This document shows, one piece after another, positions 1 through 10,969 of a DNA stretch of 32,490 bases (the stretch's first letter is position 1; each line of letters starts with the position of its first letter). The position numbers and the translations under genes were made by a program. This DNA comes from Nemertoderma westbladi (Eukaryota > Animalia > Xenacoelomorpha). The notes beneath the pieces were generated by a model. The model did not search any database and was not told the origin of the DNA. It saw nothing but the letters and a program-made list of their open reading frames with translations. The stretch covers positions 1 through 32,490 of the forward strand of contig JAUCBJ010007481.1 in assembly GCA_032718475.1 (NCBI GenBank), read 5' to 3'.

Positions 1-552
1 AAGGGAAAGGCATGGGCAGCCTTGAATAGGCTTTCCAGGATTTGGAAGTCACCGAGAATTAATCGGAAACTTAAGGTCCGATTATTTAGAGCAGCAGTAG
101 TTCCAGTACTCCTCTACGGGAGTCCATGCTGGGCTCTAACTGCTGAGGACACCAAATCTCTGGATGGCACATTCACAAGAATGCTACGCCGTGTTTATTG
201 TGTCAAGTACAATGCACACATCTCCAACCAGACACTATATAACATTGGAGGTGTCTCATTGGTTCCCCCAAGCTTGACACTAGAACAAAATCGCCTCCGC
301 TTTGCAGGACATTGCTTTCGCCGTGAGGACGAGCCAGTGCATAATCTTGTACTTTGTAGTGAATAAGCATGGTGGACAGCCCATGACTTTCTTGAGACGC
401 ATCTTAAAGGACACTGGCCTTGAAGATGCGGATGATCTAGCAAATGTCATGGGTGATAGGGAGTTGTGGCGGTGCAATTTTTTTGACAAGCCGGCACAGC
501 ATTCTTAAAAATGGAGCTGCAATGCAGCATGCCGATCGTAGTAGTAGTAGTA
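1..552 (+). mobile_element. RTE-like non-LTR retrotransposon (family A), 3' end with (TAG)n tail; runs off the window's left edge
   Basis: ORF 22-366 has the post-RT motif 'IWKS...KLKVRLFRAAVVPVLLYGS.CW...RMLRR...RLRFAGHC.R' typical of RTE-clade ORFs. It ends in GTAGTAGTAGTA. Near-identical to 18178-18747 (+) and 15946-16450 (-). Confidence 0.88.
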
Positions 553-584
553 TTAATACAAGTTTAATATAACTTTCACTTTAG

Positions 585-687
585 TGAAAATGTGTCCAAA
601 ACTAACAACGTGAGAAAGAAGAAAGTTGCTTGGGCCGATATTGAAGAACCAAATTCGAAAAAACAAAAGGTGAAGAAAACTCCTATA
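585..687 (+). CDS. Putative penultimate exon (5' part) of a spliced Cys-loop receptor-like gene, M3-M4 loop, interrupted by the transposon
   Basis: Acceptor tttcactttag ends at 584. The frame is open (ENVSKTNNVRKKKVAWADIEEPNSKKQKVKKTPI) up to the TATA TSD. After removing the element it continues in frame at 3931-3942. Confidence 0.65.
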
Positions 688-3600
688 GGGCATTATTGAA
701 AAGGTGTAACATTTTTCACTTCAAAAAAATGTTTCAATTTTCCGATTTTTTTTGTGCTATTGTGTAAAGCATATATTAAATCACATATTTTGTTGCGTTT
801 AAACTAACGTTATTGGATCCTTCAATAAATTTGATAAACTTTAAAAATGTGTCGTGCAACATGCCACAAAAAAAATCTTAAGAAGTGCAAATTAACTTCC
901 ATTAAAATGTTTAATAATCGTCCTTTTTGTGTGCGGTTTTTTTGAAACCCCATGTTTTGAGTGGTAAGGAATCGATCTGCACTATCCATTCCTTGTGTAT
1001 CCCGTTAGAAATATGAGTTCTAGCACCCCCTGTTCGATTCTGTGCGTTACTTTCCGTGCGTTACTTTTTTGTACAAAAGTTTATTTTTTTGATTCTTCCA
1101 ATTGGATTAGTGACTTCAAACTTTTAAAAGTTCGGGTTTTGAGCATTTTGATCCCTCCCTATTTGTTGGTGTTATCATTTTCGGGATTCTTTGTACCGAA
1201 TTTGGACGTCAAAGTTATTCCATGCGTTACATATTGTCAGTTCCGTGCGTTACATACTTACATATTATCAGTTCCTTGCATTACTATTAAATTTCTTTCA
1301 ACCCTCTTGGATGTAAATGAGGAATGATGACCAATGTAATATTGTACCGGTAAGACATACAGTATGACATGATTGTGTTGTGTATGTAGAGTAAGTCGAC
1401 TCTTACAACATTCAAGCCTAGCCTTTTCATTATACACTGTACACTGTATTAGGTCCAGTCTATACCGGTACACTGACAATTAGTTAGAAAAGCTACTTAA
1501 TACCTGCAGGCCAGCCTATCCAACTGGGACCAAAGGACTGTTTTTAGGGTAATCTAGGCCTAGGCTCATACTGGTACAGGTTGTACAGGCCTACAAAAGT
1601 AGTATAGTATAGTGTATAGTGTAGGCCAACAAAAACAAAATGTAACTTCTGAACTATGAGTATGACTATTACTGACTACTGGTCTGCTGGCAGCTCAGCA
1701 GCTGGTACTATTAGATTAGGCTAATGCCCCATAATGCAGTAATGTATTAAATTATTGTAATGTATTATGTATTCAAATTCAAGTTACCATATACTGATAT
1801 ACCATTCTCAGTTGTGTAATGAAGTACTGGTAGAGTGGTAGGTACGCTGCACCACTATCCCAGGCTATCATTTCTAAGTTAAATAGTAACCGTGTAATTC
1901 CATTTCGAACAATTCATTTCTGGAGTGATGGCTGTACTGCGCAGCTGCGCAGTTTAGATCACAGTACAGTATGCCTTTCATTTGTTCGAAACAAACTACT
2001 TAATGGCGGATGAGAAGTTTTGGAACTTCGGAGAAGCGCATCACTTCAAGGGACCGCATGACGGTGTGGGCGGTCTAGTGAAGCGAGCTGTTTACCGTCG
2101 AGTGGTCAGTGATTTAGTTGTAATCGATAGTGCCAAACATTTTGCAAATTTTGCATCTAACTTAGAGAGCCTGAACATCGAAATAGAGTATATTGATCGG
2201 GAAGCCGTCCGGGAGTTTCAGGAGAAGGTCGATTTCTCGTCTTGTCGCCCAATTACAATTAAGAATACATTGAAAGTACATCAGGTTGTTTTCGCACCAA
2301 GTGAGATTAAGTTTTATCAGTTTAGCCACTATAACAGCTCTGTTGTTGGTGGTAATAATGAGAAACCGATCGCCATCAAATCGATTTTAGTTAATGGTGA
2401 GGTGGATGTTAACTATATTGATGATAATGAATGTAATGAAACTGTGGTCGAATTTGATGAAACTGTTATTTGGAGTCCTGAGATTCCAAACGTTCTGAGA
2501 TATCCTTTCCTGAAGGAAATTGTTCCAGGAAGATTTGCTTTGGTCGAATTTCAGCCGGAGGAGGGCCGAAAATTCTATTGTGTTGGCAATATTGTATCTG
2601 CAGAGGATAAAGTAGATTCTCAGGACTTTACCTTGCGATTTCTGCGAAAACATATCACATTTCATGGGGAAATTGGTTTCACTTACCCAGCCGTTCCGGA
2701 TGAGTATCAGTATACTGTGAATTACAAATCAATTTCAGGTCTACTACCTACTCCGCCTCCTTCACGACGAGGTGTGTACAAATTTGACGTCAACTTCTCT
2801 GATTTTAATTTGAAATAGGCGTTCAGTTAGTGTTTTTTGTTAATATGTTTGCATCCAGTATTTGTTAAAAAAAAGTACGTCGTGTTATTTAGTTATATTT
2901 CAGTTGGTAACAGTTTAATAAAAGTAATAATTTTTTGATAATAACGAACCTATCCTATTATTAATTAATAATAACGAAACTGTCTATCAAATATCAAAAT
3001 TTTGTTAGTCCGGCAAAAAAACAGAAATATGTCTAAAAAATTAAATTATATATTGGTTGCAGAATAATTGATTCAATCAATGAAGGTCAAACATAACTTG
3101 CTCTGTTAAACACTCGATACTATGAATGTTATACTGTATCATTAAGACTAATGAATGTATTTAATTTGTTTCTTTCTTTTAGACTGTCGCTACAGTCTAC
3201 AGTATAGTTCAGCGCTCTTACATAGTCTATAGGATTATTATGGTTTATTGTTAATAAACCATAAAGGCTTGCCTACATACTGACTGTAGAAGCCCAGTGT
3301 AAACCATATCAGTGATAACTTTACTACAGTAGTAATTATTCAGGGTACATTTTGAGGAGCAGTTTCGTTTAAATGGCTTTCTAATAGTTGAATGGGTGTC
3401 TGAAGAAATATATCATTTTATACTACATTAATTTTGTTAATTTATCCATCATATGGCACGTAATTAGTGCTGTCCATCATTTGATATTGAGAAATTTTGA
3501 ACTCCAAATATTATCCGTGCGTTACTTTCCGTGCGTTACGGGAGCCACATTTAGTAAAATTGAAAGTTTTCCACTTTCTCTTTGACTTTGATCGTTAAAA

Positions 3601-3926
3601 TTAATGGAGCAGTTAGATGGGTTATTGCTCTACCAGTACACAATTTTTAAACCAGTTTAGTAGGGGAACTCGAATGATATTGAGATTACCATTTTGGTCT
3701 ATTTTTTTTGTCAAAATTCAATCCGTGCGTTACCGAAACTAAATATTGAATTATTTCCATTAATATAATGTTAGGACTGAAAATAAAAATGAAAAATTAA
3801 TTAGTTAGTGATATAGAATAATTTCATCAACTTGGTAATACAAAAATATCAATTTAAGCGAACAAAAACGAACAAAGGAGCATTCATATTCCGTGCGTTA
3901 CCAGAAATGACTTTTCAATAATGCCC
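688..3926 (+). mobile_element. Sola2-like cut-and-paste DNA transposon, internally decayed
   Basis: Perfect 16-bp TIRs: GGGCATTATTGAAAAG (688-703) and CTTTTCAATAATGCCC (3911-3926). Flanked by TATA on both sides (684-687, 3927-3930). GRG...CYC termini with a 4-bp TSD match the Sola2 description. Contains a transposase remnant. The family assignment is less certain than the boundaries. Confidence 0.85.
1909..2818 (+). pseudogene. DDE-type transposase C-terminal remnant
   Basis: Reconstructed motif 'TIHFWSDGCTAQFRSQY' joins ORF 1982-2818, which contains 'WNF.EAHHFKGPHDGVGGLVKR'. Frameshifted by 8-bp and 5-bp tandem duplications. No recognisable N-terminal half. Confidence 0.78.
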
Positions 3927-3930
3927 TATA

Positions 3931-3942
3931 ATTGACCTCATT
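3931..3942 (+). CDS. Putative 3' remainder (IDLI) of the exon split by the transposon
   Basis: ATTGACCTCATT is followed by a consensus donor GTAAGT (3943-3948) in phase 0, matching the phase-0 acceptor at 4335. Confidence 0.55.
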
Positions 3943-4335
3943 GTAAGTTGCAGAATATACCGGAATACTGGCTGACAATATTTTGCTTGCTTCGGTTAAA
4001 GTTTAATTTTCTGATAAATTTTGGGCAGTTTCGAAACTCTGTACTATATTGGGAATAGAAAACTTATATATTATGGAAAATAATAATAATTAATATATTA
4101 AAATAGGCTACTTTATGTAAAAATCGCGTTATGAGTCATAACGTTCGAAGTTCCATTAAGAATTTCAGGAAATTCCTAAACTATGTATGATAAACTCGAT
4201 TGATACTCAACGCAATGAAACAAATTACAAATTTTTTCTATTTTACAAAGGTTGTGTATTTGAACCCAGCAAGCTTATTTATTCATGTTACGACACTTTT
4301 CTAGACTAACCATTAATTTCGTGTTTCTAATTCAG

Positions 4336-4536
4336 GGAAAGCGCACCCCTTGGATACAATGGATAAAGGAAAAGTTGTGGCCAGAGAATGTAATTCCACG
4401 AACTCTGAGTTATTATGAATGGATAATCCGCCTGATTTTGCCTGTATCTTTTATTATATTCAACTTCGTCTATTGGGTTTTCATTCTCTCTGTTTCTTCT
4501 ACTATGATGGATAATTACATGGAATATGAACTTTGA
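4336..4536 (+). CDS. Terminal exon (M4 helix) of a Cys-loop receptor-like subunit
   Basis: Acceptor gtttctaattcag at 4323-4335. Translation GKRTPW...YYEWIIRLILPVSFIIFNFVYWVFIL... matches the M4 pattern R-x2-(F/L)P-x2-F-x2-FN-x2-YW of GABA/Gly-type subunits. Ends in TGA. Confidence 0.72.
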   Translation, partial: GKRTPWIQWIKEKLWPENVIPRTLSYYEWIIRLILPVSFIIFNFVYWVFILSVSSTMMDNYMEYEL

Positions 4537-5879
4537 CAACGAGAACTGCTGAATGATTAGATAAGAGAAAAAACATATGGCTTGCATATCTGCATTGACC
4601 ATCTAGATTCAGGCCATACTTTTACATAAATATGTAGGTACATTTCCGTAGGTCTAGGTTATGTTTTTGCATGCCTGCATGATTTTTTTATATTAGGCAC
4701 ACTAATAATAGGCACATTTAATATTATTTTCCATACGCAGTTGGCATTACACAGTTTCCAAGAATTGTATAACAAGGAAGTTTCATTATTAAGGAGTTAG
4801 TGGCTCTAATAGCCATATTTATCAAATAAATATGTAGGCTCTTTTCACACATCAATAATTTAAAAGAGATTTTCGTTTTCAGTTTGATTTAATCTTAATG
4901 TTATTTAATTTCCAAACGAATTTATTCTATAGTACGGTATAGTTTTTAAAACGTTATACATGAATAATAAATTGATTTAATTTAAATACTAACTAGGCTT
5001 GAGTAAATAAATATATAATTAACAATGTTGGATATGCCTATGTAACATATTTTTTATAATTGACTTCAGCCATATATAGACTTTGACTATATACTGTACT
5101 GTACAATAAATACATACATCACCCCCCCCCCCCCCCCCCCCCCCCATACACAATAATTATTTTACATTATGATTTTGTAATGCTCTTATATTGTATTTTA
5201 TTGTATATCAATATATTATGAGTCAATAAAAATCACAAGTTTTTATTTCATTGCCATAAATTAAATTATATATTTTGGTCTTTTCATTCTTTCTTTAATG
5301 TCTATTATACTTAAACAAAAATCTTATCAATACAGTACAAAACATCTAAAATCGAAATCACACCCACATGCAAAATAATAATTGCTGATGACATGTCAGC
5401 TATCAGATGATGTTGTAGGTTTCGCAAGCAAGAATTGCCTATGTGTAATTAACCACTGGGAATTCTCACCACAAACTTATGCAAATCATCTTCCTGCATA
5501 ATTATAATAATGGACAGGACATGTTAATATAGCACATTTAATGCGTTTGTAATTATGTTCTTGCCCAATTCCAACCCATTGCCCACAATTCAGCAGTAGT
5601 ATATTATTATATAAAAGGTTGTTACCGATTATATCTTTGTTGGTTGCTAGTACATAAAAGATCCCAAGCTAGCACAAGACAACAATCTATTATTATCTAA
5701 ATTAGAACTTTAACACAAAACAGGCAGTAATGACAATTGTGAAATCAATATGCCTAACCATGAAATCTGGCAACCAAAGTTTACACCAGAATAAAATAGA
5801 TGTGAACAGTCTTGTTTGTCCTGCTCCAGCTCATATTTGATCAAGATGCCTAACACAATTAGAGTATATCTAGCAAATT

Positions 5880-6915
5880 TTATTCCCTCTTAATTGAAGA
5901 GTTGTCAAGCATCTGCAGGTAACATTGTTGACTAGTTTAAGTCCTTTTCTAGATCACATATGTTCAGCAAACTTGTCTTATATGGGATTACTGAGGAAAT
6001 TATTCCACAATCAGATTACTGATGGTTTGACAACATTTGTGACTACTGCTGATGCTGACACAGACCTATACAAAGTTTTAAAGGAGCAGTCTAGGGTGAC
6101 ACAGTTGTAACCTTTTTAATCAAAATTATGGTTAACTATTTTCAATACATGGAGCTATCCTTAGGTTATCATAATGAATGATTGTACATGTTCCACTGGC
6201 TACTGGTTCCGAAAATCCAGGAAATGCAGCAAAGTACGTAATTGATCTAGATTTGCTGAAGACTCTGAGAATTTATCTGAGAATCACTAGAGTGGGCCCA
6301 ATGGCTCCTGCTTCTAGTGTTGATCTCTTTGATAACTCCAAAAAGAACAAAATTTCGATAGTCAACTTCGACAGTCCTCAGGAAATGTGTCTGATAGTAT
6401 GACTATTAGCTCCAGGGGTGGCTTACTTGAGCATGTGGATGACTGCTGCCACTTGCGATCATGGATCCGGAAGTCAGGTGGAGAACTTCGAATACTTAAG
6501 ATGAAGGAATGATAAACATTAAGTGGGATGTTCAGGATTTGGAAATCATATAGAATAAGTCAAAAACGTAATATTCCATTTACTTAGAAGAGAAGTAGAA
6601 AAGTACTCCTATATGGGAGGCCATGCAGACACAACTCTCTGGAAAACACATTTATAAGATTGGTATATCAGGTTATCACATTACCACCCCCCCCCCCCCC
6701 CCCCCCCCCCTCCTGCAAGCTTGCCATTTGAACAGAACCGGTTCCACTTCAGCCTTTGCACAACCTTATTTTAAGGGAACCCCATGGAGAGAATAATAAA
6801 TAAGCATGATGGACTGGACATGGACTTTCTTGAGATGCATCTTAAGGACACTGGCTTTTTAGAAGATGCAGATAATCTGCAAAAGTCATGGTGAATAGGG
6901 AATTACTGATCGTAG
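5880..6915 (+). mobile_element. Old, heavily decayed copy of RTE family A
   Basis: Colinear nucleotide matches to the other copies (TGGTTTGACAACATTTGTG, ATCATGGATCCGGAAGTCAGGTG, CATGGACTTTCTTGAGATGCATCTTAAGGACACTGGC) with many indels. The 5' boundary is uncertain. Confidence 0.8.
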
Positions 6916-7249
6916 ATAGACAGATTCCATCTTACATATAATAGTGATGTCAGCAATGTCATATCATGAACAAGTTTTACATATGGAAGTGATTCACCTA
7001 TGTTGTTGACAAACAAGCAATTTTATAGAAAAAGGTATTTATTTGATCATGACTTAAATACAAACTCATACCATTCTTATGTTGTTACAACATTTGGTCT
7101 ATTATCTCTTAAAATATTGTAAATTGGAATAAATATTTTTTATGGCAATGAAATAATGCTGAAACTGATATATATATACAATATACACTTTGAATATTAT
7201 AATTTAATTATGATATTCATCTTATGTTATCATCTTACAATTGTCATTT

Positions 7250-8449
7250 TTATAAAATCAATTCATAGATACAAAAATAAAGTGCAATTGCTATAGTATA
7301 TAACAGAGGAAATAAATACTTCGACACATCATCAATATATGTAGCAAGATCTCCCACATGCTTTCTGTTACATAATAATTTGTCGTCATACCTTTTACCG
7401 AAATAGCAAACCAATAAAAATTCAATAAGGCTACAAAAAACAAAAATATATGCAATAGCAAACGTCACATCTAAAGCATTAACATAAGCGACATTAGGAA
7501 GTCTGGTATATGTGTTTAGAGCTATAGTTATGACTATAAGAATAGTGGTTATTGTGAGTGCAGCCCGAGCTGGAAGTGCTTTACGATCCACCCAGAATGC
7601 AACCCAAGACATCACAACTGCCAAAGTTAATGGAAAATAAACAGTAACAATAAATGCACTGGTACGCCTTTTAAAGGTAACTTTTATTGAGAGATATGAA
7701 AATGATCTGTCAACATATTTTGCTTCTTTCTCTTCTAATGTGAGATCACTAGTAGTCAAGTTTTCATACTGTGTAAATTCCAAAATTTTATCAATTATTT
7801 CAACACCCTTGTTATTATCATTTGGTTGCCAGAATTTCAACACAACATTTTTAGTATCAAATCCATAACTTTCCAATTGTATTGTACACGTTTGAGAATC
7901 CATTGGGTAATTAGTAAAATCGAAACGACATCTGGTTCTTATGCTGACACGTTGAGACATATTTATATCACCATTTGAAGAAACAACAATAAACGAGTTT
8001 GGCATTGGATCCATGAATACTATAGTTGAGATACTGTTGCTAAAGAATACGTCAGGCCTCCACATTTGATCTAGGATTAAAGATCCAATTGTTATAGATC
8101 CGTTTTGAATGTTAAATGTTTTATTGTATGCAAGTCGGGGATCATTCCAACATAAACGTAAATATATATCAGTGCTGAAAGACATGTCCTCATCATTAAT
8201 ATCACCAATTGAAATTATACCAACATTAACACCAACGTCAACAATGCCTTTACCAATATTTGGTCTTGTCAGTTTATTATAACCTTGTTTATATTGAAGG
8301 ATGTCACTCAGATGGTTTATTATCTTCGCTTCTAGACTCAAATTAGCGGCACCTAAACCATTTTCATTTTCTTCACCAACAGATGTTGTAATAATAATAC
8401 TAATAATTAATATAACAGATAATATAAATGACATATTTAACGATAACAT
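7250..8449 (-). CDS. Cys-loop ligand-gated ion channel subunit, anion-selective GABA-A/glycine-receptor-like, single-exon CDS (399 aa)
   Basis: Hydrophobic signal peptide, RP, WNDPRL, WRPDVFF (loop A), Cys-loop CRFDFTNYPMDSQTC, ESYGF (loop B), four TM helices, and PAR before M2, all in one uninterrupted ORF. Confidence 0.95.
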   Translation of the reverse strand: MLSLNMSFILSVILIISIIITTSVGEENENGLGAANLSLEAKIINHLSDILQYKQGYNKLTRPNIGKGIVDVGVNVGIISIGDINDEDMSFSTDIYLRLCWNDPRLAYNKTFNIQNGSITIGSLILDQMWRPDVFFSNSISTIVFMDPMPNSFIVVSSNGDINMSQRVSIRTRCRFDFTNYPMDSQTCTIQLESYGFDTKNVVLKFWQPNDNNKGVEIIDKILEFTQYENLTTSDLTLEEKEAKYVDRSFSYLSIKVTFKRRTSAFIVTVYFPLTLAVVMSWVAFWVDRKALPARAALTITTILIVITIALNTYTRLPNVAYVNALDVTFAIAYIFVFCSLIEFLLVCYFGKRYDDKLLCNRKHVGDLATYIDDVSKYLFPLLYTIAIALYFCIYELIL

Positions 8450-9715
8450 TTGTTATATCTTTATTTGAAGAGAGTTTAAGAGTGAGATATTTTTTGGTAA
8501 CTGTAACTTTTGAGTAACAGTTCGAAATATTGAGATTGGGTTACTTAAGTGTGTTTTGGAAATTATTTTCACAGACGCCCCACACCCCCCAGCCACCACC
8601 CTCCCCCAACTGCAGTTGTTGCATGTATGAGTAGCCTCAAAACTGACCTAATATTATGCTGGTGGCCTTGACGAAATATTAATTTATTATTTTGCGTCAA
8701 TTCAAAGGAAAACTAAAGTTCCACCAAAATTAAGGTCATGAAGGTATCTAATGTACAGAAATTGTACCTGACCCCATTGTCACATAATGACAATAAACGC
8801 AAATCAGTTAAGTTAAGAATCTTTTTTGGGTATTTGGCTAACATTCAGAAACTGCTCAAGTAAACAAATTGCGCTTTTCCGAATTCCATTACTGAATCGA
8901 CAAATGAAGCCATAAGCTAATTATAATATCAATGGCAAACCTTCATCTAAAATATAATTATTTCCCCCACATAGAATGATTAGGAGTTGCTCAGCTCATG
9001 TTAATAGCTTGGGTTATCTCTGGAAATATTTAGGTATGTATGTAGGTTACGTACCCACCCAGAAACCGTAGCTCGAATGCCTTCCTATACATAACAACTT
9101 CGTTCTTTAGTTCCTCGAATTAGTGAAAAATAATTGAAGGGTTTTTACTTTGCTTGTACAAATTGAATGAAGGCTCTATGTTATAAACCACTAACAATTA
9201 CCCTTATCTACTTATCCATTATAAACCTTATCACCTATGAATATAATATGATACATCCTTAATCGAGTGACTACAGTGACAACAGCTAAGTGACAACAGG
9301 TATACCGGTACCGCACAAAGTTCTGTAAAGCAATATGTATGCAATACATATATATAAATATTAAAAAGGTTATTACGAAAGTGCGTTTTCTATTACTCAA
9401 TTAAGTGGACTCTATTTGGAATATGGACAGATATGATAGATGATATTATGTGTCTTATTTATGTGTCGACAAAATAAAAGCATTACTTCACAGGTTACGT
9501 CTTGTAACGTACAGCATTTCTTTGTTTGCTTTTACAGTTTTAATGCAGTTCGGTATATCAAATACCAAATTCTGTACCATTGTGATTGGTTCAAAAGATT
9601 TACATTTGAATGTTGAAATGTTGAATGAACACTGATGAATTAGGTTGCAATTGTATTTATTATTTGATAGTGTAAGGATCTATCTCCGACCAAATTCGCA
9701 TTAAATTCGAATTAA

Positions 9716-10441
9716 GATTCAAATTAATGCCAATCATTTACCGTACTTATTTATTTTAAAAATTGAACGATTAAATCGAGTAGGCCCCTATCCAATTTGT
9801 CCTCCACATTTTTGAAAATATTATCGATAAATAAAATTTCAAATTTTACTACTACTACTAGGTCGAGCGAACTCGGACAGAAATTTAAACTCGAATTTAA
9901 ACGCGAACACAAATTTTAACGTTCATATATTTTTCCTTATTTAAAAAAATGGACGAAATATATTCTGATAGAAGGAAATTCTAACTGTAAGCCTTCTTAG
10001 CCATACCTGTTATTGTACAAAACTTTTAATTTCAGTTCTGACCTATTGATCCATGGTCGTCTATGTAGGTCACCAGTATAGGCCTACTATCATGCAACAG
10101 CATACTGATTTTTGTGATGGCGTTTACATATATATACACAAATTCAATTGCTATTGCTAAAATAGCAATGACGATTTATCTGTTTCCAAGCGAACTATAC
10201 GACGGGTGGTACATATGCCTATAGTTTATAAATTTCCCTCTATCACAATATTTCAAATTTAGTATAGAAATCGTCCACTTAGGAAAAATATAGACCATAA
10301 AATTGGAAATTTGATCTAATCGATTTCTTTCTCTAAATAAACAAAGTGGTGGGCAAATTTGGTATGGGCTTCACGATTTAATCGTCCACATTTTGAAATA
10401 AAAAAATGGATGATAAATGATAGGCCTACCATGTACCAACC
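9716..10441. mobile_element. Old MITE/foldback element with long degenerate TIRs, possibly TTAA-targeting
   Basis: About 9729-9965 and 10260-10425 are diverged reverse complements (e.g. GAACGATTAAATCG...CCAATTTGTCCTCCAC vs GTGGTGGGCAAATTTGG...CGATTTAATCGTCC). TTAA lies at 9712-9715 and 10442-10445. Confidence 0.6.
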
Positions 10442-10545
10442 TTAACTTGAAATCCACTTTTTTTTAGATAAAAGTTAACATAGCCTAAAAGTAGCAAATT
10501 ATTTAACTTAGGGAATTGACTTTGAACTGGAAGTCAGGGTCAGTC

Positions 10546-10770
10546 GGGGTCATCTGGCTCAGTTTGTTGAGCGCCGAAGCCTGCAATCTATTATTTGTAG
10601 GTTCCAGCGCCGCCATATTCCACTAAGGTAGTCAATTAATGGGAGCAATTGAGAAAGGGGAAAGAAAGAGCGCGTACAACAGACTACCGTCGGGTAGCAG
10701 CTATCGATAGCAGACCCTTCGGGTCGCTTCTGGCTTCAACTGACTGTTTGCTATCAGCCACCATAAAAAG
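10546..10770 (+). mobile_element. tRNA-derived SINE-like element
   Basis: A-box-like TGGCTCAGTTTG...GAGC and B-box-like GGTTCCAGCGCC at tRNA spacing. No intact cloverleaf. Followed by a GC-richer body with small hairpins. The 3' end is uncertain. Confidence 0.55.
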
Positions 10771-10969
10771 TAGCCAAAACAATACACGCCCAACGTAATA
10801 ATGCCCAACGTACCTAACCTCTACTTAGGACATAGTCAGGCACTTTTCTTATAATATATTTCTCGAATTTATATTTTTATTCTTAGATTCTAATACAAGT
10901 TATCAGGTAAGGGTTGGGGTTCGTGGCAAGCCTTTGAAGAATAGAGCCTTAAATAACATGGTTTTCAGC

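Noticed and set aside
4285-4335. N-terminus of the 83-aa ORF
   Set aside because: Better explained as the intron's pyrimidine tract and acceptor before the M4 exon.
4336-4536. Spliced gene as the direct parent of the intronless genes
   Set aside because: Its M4 and loop sequences are very different from both, and the rest of the gene lies outside the window.
10546-10621. Functional tRNA gene (GCA anticodon-like loop)
   Set aside because: Acceptor and anticodon stems do not pair, the B box is degenerate and no T-run terminator follows.
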